Positions 25,999 to 39,316 of a DNA stretch of 64,000 bases are shown here, in pieces; the first letter of the stretch is position 1, and every line of letters begins with the position of its first letter. The stretch spans positions 83,530,053 through 83,594,052 of the forward strand of contig NC_068985.1 in assembly GCF_001194135.2 (NCBI RefSeq). The letters are read 5' to 3'. Below the pieces are notes generated by a model. That model saw nothing but the letters and a program-made list of their open reading frames with translations, did no database searches and was not told the DNA's origin. The stretch is from Octopus bimaculoides (taxonomy: Eukaryota). Position numbers and translations under genes: made by a program.

Positions 25999-27914
25999 AA
26001 GTTAAATGGGCTAAGTCATTGAGAGCTAAGTGTTTTATTATGGACAAAAAGTTATGTCTCTGAGAGGGGAGAAAATCAACAATTGGCTACACACACACGC
26101 ATGTGCATGCACACACACACACACACACACACATCTCATCTCATCTAGTTGTCTGATACCCTATTGACTTGACTGTCTATACTCACAATCTTTGTAATAA
26201 CACTGACAAAAAAGAAAAATGTTTTGAAGTTTCTGAATCTTCAGAGAGCTTTTCTGAGGATACTGAGCTAAAAGAAAGAATTGCAATAGTCAATTTCGTA
26301 AATCTGAAAAATGATTGGTTGCATTCGTTCACTCCAAGATATAAAGTACTTCAGAACAATTTGAAGAACAAGGATTACATTTTTTTTTTTCATATTATCA
26401 TTTCTGGGGTTATTTTTCTTTTTCTTTTAAATAAGCTTAATCAAATAAAATTATAGAAAGAAAGAACTTTCATCAAACATTTATCCTTATTAATTAATTA
26501 ACCCTTTGTGTCTTAGAACACTTTAAGTGATCAATGATCAACTGACTTTTATCAAATTCAATACTAGCTTGTCATTAGATTTTTTTAGTATTTGATGTTA
26601 TTTTCTCATGTATCTTTGTTCATCTCTTTCCTTTTTTTTCTCTAGTTCCAGTTGATAAGACGTTGCGAAACATTGATTGGTTCTAATAATCACATGACTA
26701 TTCAGAAGTCAAGTTATCTTTTGATAAAGTGTCTTTTTACATCTTATAATACTTCAAGTTAGTAAAAATACAACTTTAAAAAAAAAAATGTAATTTCCCA
26801 TAATGCATTGTATTATAGGAGTTCCTCTGAAATGGAAATTATATCACGATGCTGTAATTACAAGAATACATTGGCTGTCTTTCCTTCTCCTGCTCCTTTC
26901 CCAAGTCCAATAAGAAGATTGTGTGTTGCAGCACAAGTTAAAATAACATATATCAATTTATTAGAAATTGGTTTCTAGAGACACTAGAATTATCAAACTA
27001 AATACTTCATGAAATTCACATTTGTAAATTTATATCTTGAGTTCAACTCATACATGTGAAGGCATGTTGCTACATGATTAATGTGTTCAGCTCTTACAGT
27101 TAGGTTGTGGGTTTAATTCATGGATAAGGTGATGCATTGCATCTAGGAGTTACACTGAATATCAACTGGGTGTTAATGCTGCCCTGTCTTCCTTCAGCTG
27201 TCACATCTTGGATGCCTCACTGGGCAGATCCATCTTAAGGCATGAGTACACTGAGCACTTATCCAGGGGTCTCATGGGTCTAAGGGCACAGTTCAGATTT
27301 ATATATGCCATAGTTTGCTATCAATGAATAAATACTATAGGGCTCAGTGCATTTATTTATTCAGGGGCCTATAATACTCTTGAGAAGGCCCCTGATTCTA
27401 GCTAAGGGTTAGAGACTTGAGAGAGTGATGTCTTCTCATCAGTAAATAGGTACCTCTTTACAGAAACAATTATATACAGGCACCTATGTTGAGGCAACAA
27501 TTTCTGAGTTTTCATTTGTAAAGTAAATCTTATTTGAAAACAATTCACTTCATATCAAACTGGTGATTGCTATGGAAAGGCATGAATGTCACAATCTAAT
27601 AATGTTCTTCCTCTATAAATTTGACTGCACCTATATTATTCAGACCTTCACATGTTCTAGTTTGCTGTGATTGATTCCATTAAATGATCCTCTTGGTCCT
27701 TTGTTGAGTCAACACTGGCTGGAAAGACATTATTCCAGTGAGCTGACATCTTTGGAAGGAAAGACTGGGTATAGTGATTTGTGTAAAAGACTGATGGGTT
27801 GGACATAAGAAGGGAGAGGAATGGAGGAAACAGAAAGGGGTTGGAAATGCTTGAGTGAAAGTGATATGATCCTTTTCAACTCCAAGGTAAAAAAAAATAA
27901 AGTTACTTATGCTG

Positions 27915-28140
27915 ACTCATAAGGGCTGGTTTCCCAGTTTCCATGACTTATAAATTCCTCACCTGGATGGGACACCGGTCTGTCACAGTATTGCTCATTT
28001 CTGCCAGCCGAGTGGACTGGAGCAACATGAAATGAAGTGTTTTGCTCCAGAAACACAACGCATCACCTTGTCCAGGAATCAAAACCACAATCTTTTGATC
28101 ATCATTCAAACACCCTATCCACTAAGCCACACACCTCCAA
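27915..28140 (-). mobile_element. SINE family D (tRNA head plus conserved CCACTCAGCTG central domain)
   Basis: GAGTGGACTGGAGCAACATGAAATGAAGTGTTTTGCTC..CCCTATCCACTAAGCCACACACCTCCA. Confidence 0.75.
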
Positions 28141-29027
28141 AACTCCAAGGAGCAGAGGCCATTATAATAATAGTAGAAAAAACAGAGCGAAGAGACAACA
28201 TCGTTGGTCAAAAGCTGGAGTACATCTATGAGTGACTTCAGGCCAATCAGTCAGATAGCCTGTTTTTAGATGCAGTCTTTGGTGACAGCTTATGCAGTTA
28301 CTGCACCTACCCAGGTGTGAGAACAATATTCAATTGTGGATCTCACTTGAATTTTGCAGAATATCAGTGATTATTGGAGGCTGATGTTACATTAAAATAA
28401 TGTGTTATTGAGGGTAGCTGTAAACTGAATGTTTGTATGTGTTTATGATGCATGTGTACTCTATGGTGTGCATATGTATATTGTGTGCATTTGTGGCGTG
28501 TACTTGTGTATTATATGTGTGTGTGTGAGCATGTATGTGTATGTATGTGTGTGTTGTGTACATGTTTACATACATGTGTGCTTCATGAGCGTGTTGTGTG
28601 TGTATATCTAGTGTAGGCATGTATTTGTGTTTGCAAATGTGGTATGTATCTGTGTATGGTGTGTATAGGTTGTGTGTGTGTGTTGTGGGCATAAGTTTGG
28701 TGTGTGTATGTGATATGTATATCTAGTATGATGTTTGTGGAGACACAAGCATGTGATGTATAGTTGTATGTTTGTGATGTATGTGTACTTGTGAATGTGG
28801 ATTGCATGTTTGTGTGTGGTGTGTGATAGTGTGTATGTGAGCAGGCTGAAAATGTGTGTGTGTGTGTGTGTGTTGTGTGTTGTGTGTATGTGTGTGTATG
28901 TACATGTGTGTTTCATGTGTGACAGCATGTATGTGAGCAAACTACATGTGTGTGTATTTAAGCTATATTTGTGCTGCGAGTATGGTGTGTGCATGTGTTT
29001 GTCATGTGTGACAGTGTGTATGTGAGC

Positions 29028-29084
<57 letters not shown>

Positions 29085-29901
29085 ATGTACCTGTGTGTGT
29101 TTGAGTATTTATAAGCAGTGCATGAATCCGAGTGTGTGTATGTAATTCTTGCTAATTTTCTGGAAACTTTACGGCAATTTTTAAACAGATTTGGTATCAT
29201 GGAATGCTTTGAATTTGGTCCAAGACAGCTGTGCCAGGCAGAACTAAGTCTAAATACCAACAAACTAAAACTCACTCAAAAAGTCACACAGACTTACAGA
29301 AATACAGAAATATAAAATAAAGCAAAAAAAAAAAGGAAACAAGCAAAAAAAGTGGGAAAGGTAAAGAAGGAAAGAAAGAATTTAATTTTGAAAAGATAAG
29401 ATAAACAAAAACAACAGATAGGCTTAATAGAAAGAACAGAATGTGTTTGAATTTCATAGTTATTGTATTATTTCGCAAAAAATAAATGACACATGGCTGT
29501 GAGATGTAAAGATGAAGATGAAACAGAGAGAGAGAGAGAGAGAGAGATACAATGAAACAGTGTAACTCAGAGACATATTTTCTCCTCCCCCATCTCTCTC
29601 ACTGCCTCTCTATGTGTGTGTGCGCGCGCACGCGTGTGTATGTGTGTGTATATATATATATAAAATAGATAAATAAATAAGTAGATAAATATATATATAT
29701 ATGTGTGTGTGTGTGTGTATGTTTGTGTGTCCGTGTTTTCCCCCCAACAACGCTTGACAACTGATGCTGGTGTGTTTACGTTCCCGTAACCTAGCGGTTC
29801 AGCAAAAGGGACCGATAGAATAAGTACTAGGCNNNNNNNNNNCAACCCATGCTAGCATGGAAGGCAGATGTTAAACGATGATGATGATATATATATATAT
29901 A

Positions 29902-30118
29902 CAGAGTGTGATGGGCATATTGTCGCTATTTTATATTTTTAATTTCACGCATGCACATTGTTTGTTTTTGATTTTGTCGACTACACAGTGAACTGAAGGC
30001 AAGGATTATGGCAGTTTTCACCAACTTAAACAAGGAGACTGTCCAGAAGAGTTGCAGGAAATTCTGAAGTTGGCTGGAGGCTGTGGTTGAAGCCAATGGC
30101 GATTTTATTAAATAAATT
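29902..30118 (+). pseudogene. Internally deleted Tc1/mariner element (DD37D/maT-like C-terminus)
   Basis: ELKARIMAVFTNLNKETVQKSCRKF*SWLEAVVEANGDFIK* from 29990. TA-CAG start at 29900. Confidence 0.7.
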
Positions 30119-30121
30119 TAC

Positions 30122-30522
30122 TGTGGCTGTGTGGTAAGAAGCTTACTTACCAACCACATAGTTCCGGGTTCAGTCCCACTGCGTGGCACCTTGGGCAAGT
30201 GCCTTCTACTATAGCCTCGGGCCGACCAAAGCCTTGTGAGTGGATTTGGTAGACGGAAACTGAAAGAAGCCCATCGTATATATGTAAATATATATATATA
30301 TGTGTGTGTGTGTGTGTATGTTTGTGTGTCCGTGTTTTCCCCCCAACAACGCTTGACAACTGATGCTGGTGTGTTTACGTTCCCGTAACCTAGCGGTTCA
30401 GCAAAAGGGACCGATAGAATAAGTACTAGGCTTACAAAGAATAAGTCCTGGGGTTGATTTGCTCGACTAAAGGTGGTGCTCCAGCATGGCCACAATCAAA
30501 TGACTGAAACAAGTAAAAGAGT
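30122..30522 (+). mobile_element. Full-length SINE family B
   Basis: TGGCTGTGTGGTAAGAAGCTT..GGTTCAGTCCC..GTGGCACCTTGGGCAAGTG..GACTGAAACAAGTAAAAGA. More than 10 homologues in the window. Confidence 0.9.
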
Positions 30523-30597
30523 ATTTGAAGATATCTTAATGTAATTTTGGTGAATATATCTGTTAAAATGAGATGTTAGTGTTATTTTCCTTTTTGC

Positions 30598-30885
30598 TCC
30601 CCTCATATCTCTCCTACTGATCATCACTTATTTAAGCATTTTCAGCTTTTCATAAGCAATAAAACATTGTTAAATAGAGAAGTGGTAATTGAAACATTCA
30701 GACAATTTATCACAGCAAAAGATGAATTTCATTTTAAAGATGGAATATATGGCATAGAAAAACGTTGGGTAAACGTCATGAATGAACATGGATCATACTT
30801 TAATTAAATAAATCGGTTCTCTAACACTTCTGAAACATTTTATTGTTAACTTTCAAATACGACATTTCTTGTGAAACAACCTAAT
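30598..30885 (+). pseudogene. Mariner transposase C-terminal remnant with right TIR
   Basis: Open frame 30598-30807 reads SPHISPTDHHLFKHF..KDGIYGIEKRWVNVMNEHGSYFN* (YSPDLAPxD-type motif). TIR end GAAACAACCTAAT. Confidence 0.85.
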
Positions 30886-31487
30886 GTATATAGAACTGTA
30901 TAACCTAATATATTCTATTTGTTTTTGTTATTATTATATCCTTATGTTTCATTTATCAATTTGGTTTCTTAACTGCTGCTTTTTGCTTGTTATTAGTAAT
31001 AATTTACTCATAAGTGAATGGTGGATGTAATGTATTTTTTAAGCAAAGTTCGATACAGCTTGGCACCTGTGACGTCGCAATTCATTTCTACATTTGAGTG
31101 AACTGGAGCAATGCGAAATAAAGTGTCTTGCTCAAGAACACAACACACAATCCTGTCAGGGAATCGAACTCATTACCTCATGATTGTGAGCCCGACTACA
31201 ACAATTCGTGTTTCTCACCATTTGTTGTATACTGCTACTAGTTGTGTTTTCTAACATTTTCTGTCAACAGATCACTCAAATCTTGTGCTTTTAAATTCCT
31301 CAAGAATAGCAAGTAAATCCCTGACTAAGAAAACAGGTATGGATTAGCAACAGAAGGAGCATCTGGCCATATAAATCTTGCCTCAAATATCTCCTCCATC
31401 TAAACCTTGCTAAAACCATAATAGTAAAATACATGAATGTATCTAGGACTACACTTAACTGCAATTCTTGTTCAGATGATAATGGTA

Positions 31488-31822
31488 AAGACCTTCTTCT
31501 GTCATGAATGATCGTGGGATTGCATCTAGAAAGTTCCCTGCCCAGGCACAAGTCCTGGTAAGGTTGTTTTATGGAAGACCAGCGGCCCCCTCTCTCAATA
31601 CCAGTCTTCCCTCTCTGATAACCAATGTTATCCAAGAGAAAGGCAAAGGCCAATACAACTTGACACCTGTGATGTCGCAACTCATTTCTACAGCTGAGTG
31701 AACTGGAGCAACGTGAAAATAAAATGTCTTACTGAAGAACACAGCACATAACTCAGTCTGGGAATTGAACTCACTGTTATGATTGTGAGCCTGATGTCCT
31801 AACCACTGAGCCATGTGCTTTC
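31488..31822 (-). mobile_element. SINE family D
   Basis: Reverse homologue of 34633-34987. Confidence 0.85.
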
Positions 31823-31914
31823 AAATGATTGAGGTATGATATTACGATACAATTTCAGGCAACAAAATAGCAGAATGTTCTTCAACTTGGGGTGTTTATC
31901 ATTGTTATTTTAAC

Positions 31915-32124
31915 CAGTGGATTTCATCCATTTTTTACCAATTGGCTCCTGTGATCTCTATTTTACTCAGGTAGACCCATAGAACCATTTGATGTGTTAA
32001 AAAATTAAATATTATTAGGATTGTATAAAAAATAATTGATTAGATATTTTGTGCATTGTAAAAGTGTAACCAGTTTACAGCACATAAATTTTAACAAGTA
32101 ACAGACCCTGGTTGAGAACTACTG
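31915..32124. mobile_element. hAT-type MITE
   Basis: CAGTGG..CCTGGTTGAGAACTACTG ends with imperfect 8-bp flanks ATTTTAAC / AGTTAAAC. Confidence 0.55.
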
Positions 32125-33060
32125 AGTTAAACCTATGATGGCTTTAGATGAGCAAATCTGTGATCAAAGATATTGCAATTGTGACTACCATATCTTTGTT
32201 TGTCAGAACAGCATGCCTCTTTTTATGAAATAAAATTCTTGTATATGATATTAGGCAGTTATTTCTAGCAGGTCGTATAGTCATCTACTGGCTCTACTTG
32301 TAGATTTAGGTGGAAAATACAAAGCATAACATGAGAATAAGAAAACAAGGATAAGGTAATGTTGCCAGTTTAGACCTAATTAGTATCTAATGATGACATT
32401 GTTAATTGGCTTTTGTTTAATTTTGTTAATTATCCATATTAGTTTTAGTTTCAATTTGTGATGTTTCATTCAGGTTCTAAACTTAATCTGAAAGGTGCTA
32501 AAATAAAATTGAATTTTCAGCTTTTTTATTTATTTATTTATTTAATTTTGCATTTAACTGTCTTCTGTGTGGATTATATGACCAGAAAGTTAAATCATTC
32601 ACTTCACAATCACAGGATCATGGTTTCAATCTCAGTGAGTGGCATCTGAGTAAAATTGGGCAGATGGAAACTGTACAGAATCACTCAAGTGGATTTTACC
32701 TGTAATTCAAATTACATAGCAGGTGGCTATACTTTCATGTTGGGTTAGAAGTCATCATGCAGAGTAAACATTTTGTATTATATGGATTATATGACCAGAG
32801 AGTTAAATCATTCACTTCACAACCACAGGGTCTTGGATTCAATCCCAGTGAGTAGTATCTGAGGCAAAAGTCATTTTCTCTAGCTTTGGATATTAACTTA
32901 TACTCTGGGAGTGAAATTGAGCAGATGGAATCTGTCAAGTGGATTTTTACCTGTAATTCAAAAGGTGTCATGCTGGTTCTACCTGTAAATTACATAGCAG
33001 GTGGTTATATATTGTCATGTTGGGTTGAAGTCATCATGCAGGGTAAACATTTTGTATGAT

Positions 33061-33374
33061 ACAGTTCAGTTTTTAAGAGATGAGGAATTATTTACAATTG
33101 ACAGATATTTGTCCTCATATGGCAGAGTGGTTAAGAGCGTGGGCTACTAACCCTAAGATTCCAAGTTCGATTCCAGGCAGTGACCTGAATAATAATAATA
33201 ATAATAATAACAACAACAACAACAACATTGAAAAATACCTTAGGAATGAGAACCCAAGTTCGAAATTTCCTCCAAGACACCTGGTGAAGGCTGGAGGGTA
33301 TATCAGCCAAAATGTGTTAACAATGAACACGATGAAGACAAATATCCATCAATTGTAAATAATGTAAATAATGT
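33061..33374 (+). mobile_element. tRNA-headed Penelope-like element with inverted 5' terminus, degenerate hammerhead and 14-bp TSD
   Basis: ACATTTTGTATGAT at 33047-33060 and 33375-33388. A-box TGGCAGAGTGG (33120), B-box GTTCGATTCC (33166). Body homologous to 55940-56110. Confidence 0.8.
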
Positions 33375-33409
33375 ACATTTTGTATGATGTTTTATAGCCT
33401 GGACATACA

Positions 33410-33695
33410 TGTACAATGTGCATTCCAAAACTTTTCGGACTTATTCAGGAGATACATTTGTTAATTTCAAAAGAATACAAAAGTCTAATTTTTCTCAAAA
33501 CCAAATCCTCTGACTTCAATGCATTTGTTGTAGTATTCAAATCACTTCATGAAGACCCCCATGGAAGTCCTCCAAAGTGAAGGTGTGCAGGACTTTTGCC
33601 TCAGCCTCAGTCTTCTCAATTTCTTCAAAACAACTACCCTTGAGATTCTCCTTCAACATGGGGAACACTCCAAAAGTCACAGAGAGCAGGGTCTA
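33410..33695 (-). pseudogene. Mariner transposase C-terminal remnant
   Basis: Frameshifted reading CDFW..PMLKENLKGSCFEEIEK..LHTFTLEDFHG..EYYNKCIEVRG. Confidence 0.7.
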
Positions 33696-33840
33696 AATTG
33701 TATTGACCCTGAAAGGATGAAAGGCAAAGTTGACCTCGGTGAAATTTTTACCTCACAAAATGCTGCTAAGCATTTTGCCTGGCATATTACGATTCTGCTA
33801 GCTCTCTGCCATAATAATGATAATAATAAAAATAATAATG

Positions 33841-33872
<32 letters not shown>

Positions 33873-34073
33873 CCTTTCTACTATAGGTGCAAGGCCTGAA
33901 ATTTGGGGGCAGGGGACTAGTCGATAACATCGACCCCAGTGTTTCACTGGTACTTAATTTATCAACCCCAAAAGGATGTAAAACAAAGTTGACCTCAGTT
34001 GAATTTGAACTCAGAATATAAAGATGGACGAAATGTTGCTAAGCATTTTGCCCAGCATGCTAACGATTCTGCC
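33696..34073 (-). mobile_element. Two tandem SINE family A copies separated by (AAT)n
   Basis: Homology to 41506-41743. Confidence 0.85.
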
Positions 34074-34154
<81 letters not shown>

Positions 34155-34632
34155 GTAGTAGTAATTGTAATAATAATAATGAACTCATTGTATATAGTGC
34201 TCAGGTGTGCTACAGATCATCAGAAAAAGTAATCAAGCTGCATGAACAGTACATAGAATATGCACAGGAAGTGAACAGTGAAAAAGTCTTAAAAAGAAAC
34301 AAGAAATGGTTGTGGGGGTGGGGTGCTGTTGCCAAATTTCAAGAAGCATGGAAGTTTTGAAGTGTGTATGTGTGCGTATCTTTGTGCCTGTGTTTGTCCA
34401 ACACCACCACTTGCCAATTGTTGCTTGTGTATTTATATCCCCCATAACTTAGCAGTTCAGCAAAACGTGATCACTAGAATAAGAACCAGGCTTCAAAATA
34501 ATATGAGTACTGGGGTTGATTCATTCAATTAAAAAGTTCTTCAAGGCAATGCTCCAGTATGGCCACAATCTAATATCTGAAACAAGTAAAAGTTATAAGT
34601 TATATGCATCCATATTTATTTACATACTCTGT

Positions 34633-34987
34633 AAGGCACATGGATCAGTGGTTAGGGCATCAGGCTCACACTCATGAGATACTGAGTTCGATTCCCAGAC
34701 CGGGCTGTGTTTTGTGTTCTTGAGCAAGACACTCTATTTCACCTTATTGGTAAGACACCTTATTGCTCCAGTTCACTCAGCTATAAAAATGAGTTGTGAC
34801 ATCACCGGTGCCAAGCTGTATCAGCCTTTGCCTTTGCTGTGGATAACATCGGTGGCATGAAGAGGTGAGGCTGGAATGCATGAACAACTGCTGGTCCTCT
34901 ATAAGCAACCTTGACCAGACTTGTTCCTTGGAAGGGGAACTTTCTAGGAGCAATGCCATGGTCATTTGTGACCAAAGGGGTCTTTAC
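34633..34987 (+). mobile_element. Full-length SINE family D
   Basis: tRNA-like head GGATCAGTGGTTAGGGC..GAGTTCGATTCCC and central TTGCTCCAGTTCACTCAGCT. Confidence 0.85.
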
Positions 34988-35796
34988 TCCCTACTATTTT
35001 ACTACCTGTTTCTTTAATTATCATGTCAAAACTGGACAACACAAATACCTTTAAATAAAAATAATTTCAGTCTTTGAATATATTAGGGTAAATATTGTAT
35101 AGTAGTAGTGGTGGAGGTGGTGGTGTGTAGGGAGCAAAACCCATATATATCATCTCTCACTAGCAACTCAGTTTTGTTTAACTGAACATAAGACAACCTA
35201 TTGTTCATTTTTAATTTTATTTGACCTGAACTGAATGAAATAATGAAAGCAAAAGTCACCTCACAACTATCCCATGTCACTGCAACAACCACCAACACCA
35301 CTACCTCCACTTCCACCACCACATTTACCACCACCACTAACAACAACAACAACAGCTCTGTACTGTCTTCATCACCATCACCAAAAACGTCACCACCCCT
35401 AACATACCATAACCATCACCACAACCACTACCACCACAGCCACAATCATCACCACTGCCACCATCATTATCATCGTCATCACACCACCCTCAATACCATC
35501 ACAACCACCTGAACTGCCATCATCATCACCACAACTACCAACACCACTGCCACCACTGCTATGACCACATCACCACCATTAATACCACCCATTGCCACCA
35601 CCATCACCACTACCTGGCAGTTGCAGATAATTCTAGCTTTTAGATGTGGTCAGGCTATATAATTATTTAACTGTTAATAATAGTTAGGTGACAGCCATGG
35701 GACAGCACTAAGCTTATTACCTCTTTCCTCTGCTCCCCGCCCACCACTGCCCGAAAGATGTGGGTGTTGGTGTAATTAATTAATATTGACAAGAAT

Positions 35797-36231
35797 GTGA
35801 GGGCTGTGAGCTGGCAGAGTTGTTAGCACGCTGGGCGAAATGCTTACCAGTATTTCGTCTGCCGTTACGTTCTGAGTTCAAATTCTTTCAAGGTTGACTT
35901 TGCCTTACATCCTTTCGGGGTCGATAAATTAAGCACCAGTTACACACTGGGGTCGATGTAATTGACTTAATCCCTTTGTCTGTCCTTGTTTGTCCCCTCT
36001 ATGTTTAGCTCCTTGTGGGCAATTAAGAAATAAGAAACGTTAGCACGCCGGGTGAAATGCTTAGTGCTATTTCGTCTGCTCTTATGCTCTGAGTTCAAAT
36101 TCTTTCGAGGTTGACTTTGCTTTTCATCCTTTTGGAGTCGATAAATTAAGTATCAGTTGCGTACTGGAGCCGATCTAATCGACTGGCCCCCTCCCCAAAA
36201 AATTTAGGGCTTTGTGCCTAGAGCAGAAAAG
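35797..36231 (+). mobile_element. Two head-to-tail SINE family A copies
   Basis: Two A-family bodies. AATATTGACAAGAAT occurs on both sides of the pair. Confidence 0.85.
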
Positions 36232-36277
36232 AATATTGACAAGAATATGGACACACACTTGCACACACATGCTGAAA

Positions 36278-36608
36278 CCCCCTTCGGTCATGACTGACCA
36301 AGGGATTGCACCTAGAAAGTTACCCTCTCAAGCACAAGTCCTGGCAAGGTTGTTTATGGGAGACCAGCAGTCGCCCATGCACATCAGCCTCCTCTCCCTA
36401 TGCCACCAGTGTTATCCAAGGGAAAGGCAACGGCCACTGCAGCTTGGCGCTTGTGACTTCGCAACTCATTTCTACAGCTGAGTGAACTGGAGCAACGTGA
36501 AATAAAGTGTCTTGCTCAAGAACACAACACACAGTCCGGTCTGGGATTCGAACTCACAACCTCACGATTGTAAGGTCGACACTCTAACCACTGAGCCATA
36601 CACCTTCA
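36278..36608 (-). mobile_element. SINE family D
   Basis: Reverse homologue of 34633-34987. Confidence 0.88.
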
Positions 36609-36879
36609 CTTGCACACACATACAAACTAGACAAATGAATTCAGTAAAGAGTTAGTTTATGGATGTGTGTATAAGGTTAAGTGCTGCTATAGGTGATTAT
36701 ATATTTCTAAATATCTATATATGTATATCTATGTGTGTGTATATATATATATATATATATACGTATATATATACACATGTACATGCATGTGCACACACAC
36801 ACACACACGTGAAATGTAAATATGAAATCAATTATTTTGCTCCGATGAAAGACTGACTGTGTGCAATAACTTCCCGCCT

Positions 36880-37075
36880 AGACCAGGAAAAAGCTTGTAA
36901 GTTGATTCCAGGTTTGAAAAGACATATGACAGTACACAAAAATCATATCCCACAAACTGACCAATCAATCCAGTGGAAGTTACAACTTTCATCTGCCACC
37001 TATGCTTCAAAACATACAAGTCTGCAGTGGAACTGAACAGTCGTCTGAGGGGGTCATGGATGGAGAGTCAGAAAT
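36880..37075 (+). pseudogene. Degenerate C2H2-like C-terminal fragment, probably LINE (RTE) derived
   Basis: CKLIPGLKRHMTVH, then after a frameshift FICHLCFKTYKSAVELNSRLR. Confidence 0.5.
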
Positions 37076-37214
37076 GCCATTAATGACAAGGAAGCACTGA
37101 GAGATGAAAACCATTTGTAAAGATGGATTAATCACTGTTTATGTACATATACACACCTTGAAGTTCAAATTCTGCAGAGTGATTGTTTGGTTATTTTTTT
37201 TTTATATGTTTCAG

Positions 37215-37230
37215 CCCTAAGGCATCACTA
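37215..37230 (+). other. Candidate 16-nt micro-exon
   Basis: T-run..ATATGTTTCAG | CCCTAAGGCATCACTA | GTAAGT. Splice signals only, no homology evidence. Confidence 0.35.
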
Positions 37231-37620
37231 GTAAGTGTCGTCTTTTTCCTCTTCTTCTTATATTTTCTCACTGTTCCTCTCTGATCCATGTTCTATATCT
37301 GCACATCCTTTCTCAGGTGGCTTGCAACCGTGTTTCTTGAGAATCCAGAGTTTAGGCTAAATAAACCCTTATGAACAAATATTAATTATTTTAAGCAAGC
37401 AGACAATTAATAATTGCACTAAATGCACATGCATTAAGTGATGGTCGCTGTCAAGTAAATTCATTCAATAAAAAAATACTTTCAATATCAACGCACCATC
37501 ACCACCACCTACCTCACTCTTTCTCTCTTTCTCTCTCTCTCTCTGCCTTTCCTGTCCATTTCTCTGTCTAACATTCCCCATAATTCCAGGCCTTGTGCCT
37601 ATAGTAGAAAGGGTTGTTGC

Positions 37621-37668
<48 letters not shown>

Positions 37669-38777
37669 TATTAAGGTGGTGATCTGGCAGGATTGTTAAT
37701 ATGATGGGGAAAATGCTTAGTGACATTTCATCCACCCTTAAATTCTAAGTTCAAATTCTGCTGAGATTGACTTTGTCTGTCTTCATTTCTGCTTGTATTG
37801 TATGTTGAGTGTGTGATGTGTTGGTTTTCTAGCTTGCTGGTGGTAGTTTATTTCACTGGGTAAATAAATGCTATATAGAGTGTGTCTTGTATTAGGTCTG
37901 ATCAATAAGTATCCGGACTTTGCCATAGTAACAAAGCTGAAGCACACAGAGTGAAGCCACTTGATGCAGATTGACCTTGAATTCTGCTGTACATGTTCAC
38001 TAAGTTTTAACATTCTAGCTTACTTCTGCTGTTTACAGCAGTGCTTGGAAGTAACATGTGTGGCATTGACCATAACAAAGAAAGCTGTCATGGTGATACC
38101 TGCCCAGAGTCCCATTCAAAGTTGCAGAAAGTGTGTGGAGAGGAGTGTATGAGCCACTCATAAGTGTATGTGTGGTTTAGACTTTTCAAATATGGTCGAA
38201 AAAATGTCAATAGCTAGCAGAATCGTTAGCATGTCAGGCAAAATGTTCAGCAGTGTTTCATGTTTTTACATTCTGAGTTCAGATTCCACCATAATGGACT
38301 TTGCTTTTCCTCCTTTCAGAGTTGACAAATTAAGTACCAGTGAAGCACTGGGGTCGATGTAATCAACTCATCCCCATCTCCTCCAGGCTCCCCTTGTGGC
38401 AAAAATTTGAAATAATTAATTATTATTATCATTGTTATTGATGTTATTTATTGTTGTATTATCATGTGTGTGTTTAGAAATGAATGGTGAAGTCAACGCC
38501 AATGAAATTTCAAATACAGAAATGGGCAAAACTAAGTTACGTCATGCGTTTAGTCCAGTGCCTGAAACATTCCTACTCTTGCTGTTCATTATTTCAGTAA
38601 TTAACCCACACTGATAACACCTTGTGATTAAAACCCAATTCTAATCTAAACATCAAACAACATAAACATTTTCTCATCCTACGCAAAAGTGCATTTCAAA
38701 AATATTTTTTGTTGCATGAATATTTTTACTTTCATTTTTCTAAATTGTTGAATCAGAAAGGAATACATGTGTGTGCA

Positions 38778-38822
<45 letters not shown>

Positions 38823-39228
38823 TGAGTGTGTGTGTATATATCAATATATATATATATATGCACACACACATATATGCACATGCATATATTACATGGATGT
38901 ATATATGTATGTTTAATAATGAATATAACATATACTGGAATAAATGATGAGCGAAATTTAGGATACATATATACATATGTATGCATGTATATATGTGTGC
39001 ATGTATGTATACATACACACACACACACACACACATATATACATATATATATACACACACATGTATACATATGAACATACAGTTTTTTAATTAATATATC
39101 TAAAAAAATATTTGTGTGCATAAATGTATAAGTGTGTGTGTGTCTATGTATATCTGTATGCAGATGAATATGAATGTTGTATACATTCATACATACATGA
39201 ATATATATATGTGTGTGTGTGTGTGTGC

Positions 39229-39316
<88 letters not shown>

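Noticed and set aside
26169-26456. 95-aa non-repetitive ORF
   Set aside because: No recognisable domain, no ATG start, and competing weak splice models on both strands.
26840-26975. Minus-strand LLIGLGKGAGEGKT, P-loop-like
   Set aside because: Arises from a purine-rich low-complexity patch, has weak splice sites, and shows no flanking NTPase context.
29687-30431. About 145-bp exact duplication (29687-29832 and 30286-30431)
   Set aside because: The first copy ends exactly at a 10-N gap and is identical while other family B copies diverge markedly. Most likely an assembly or haplotype artefact.
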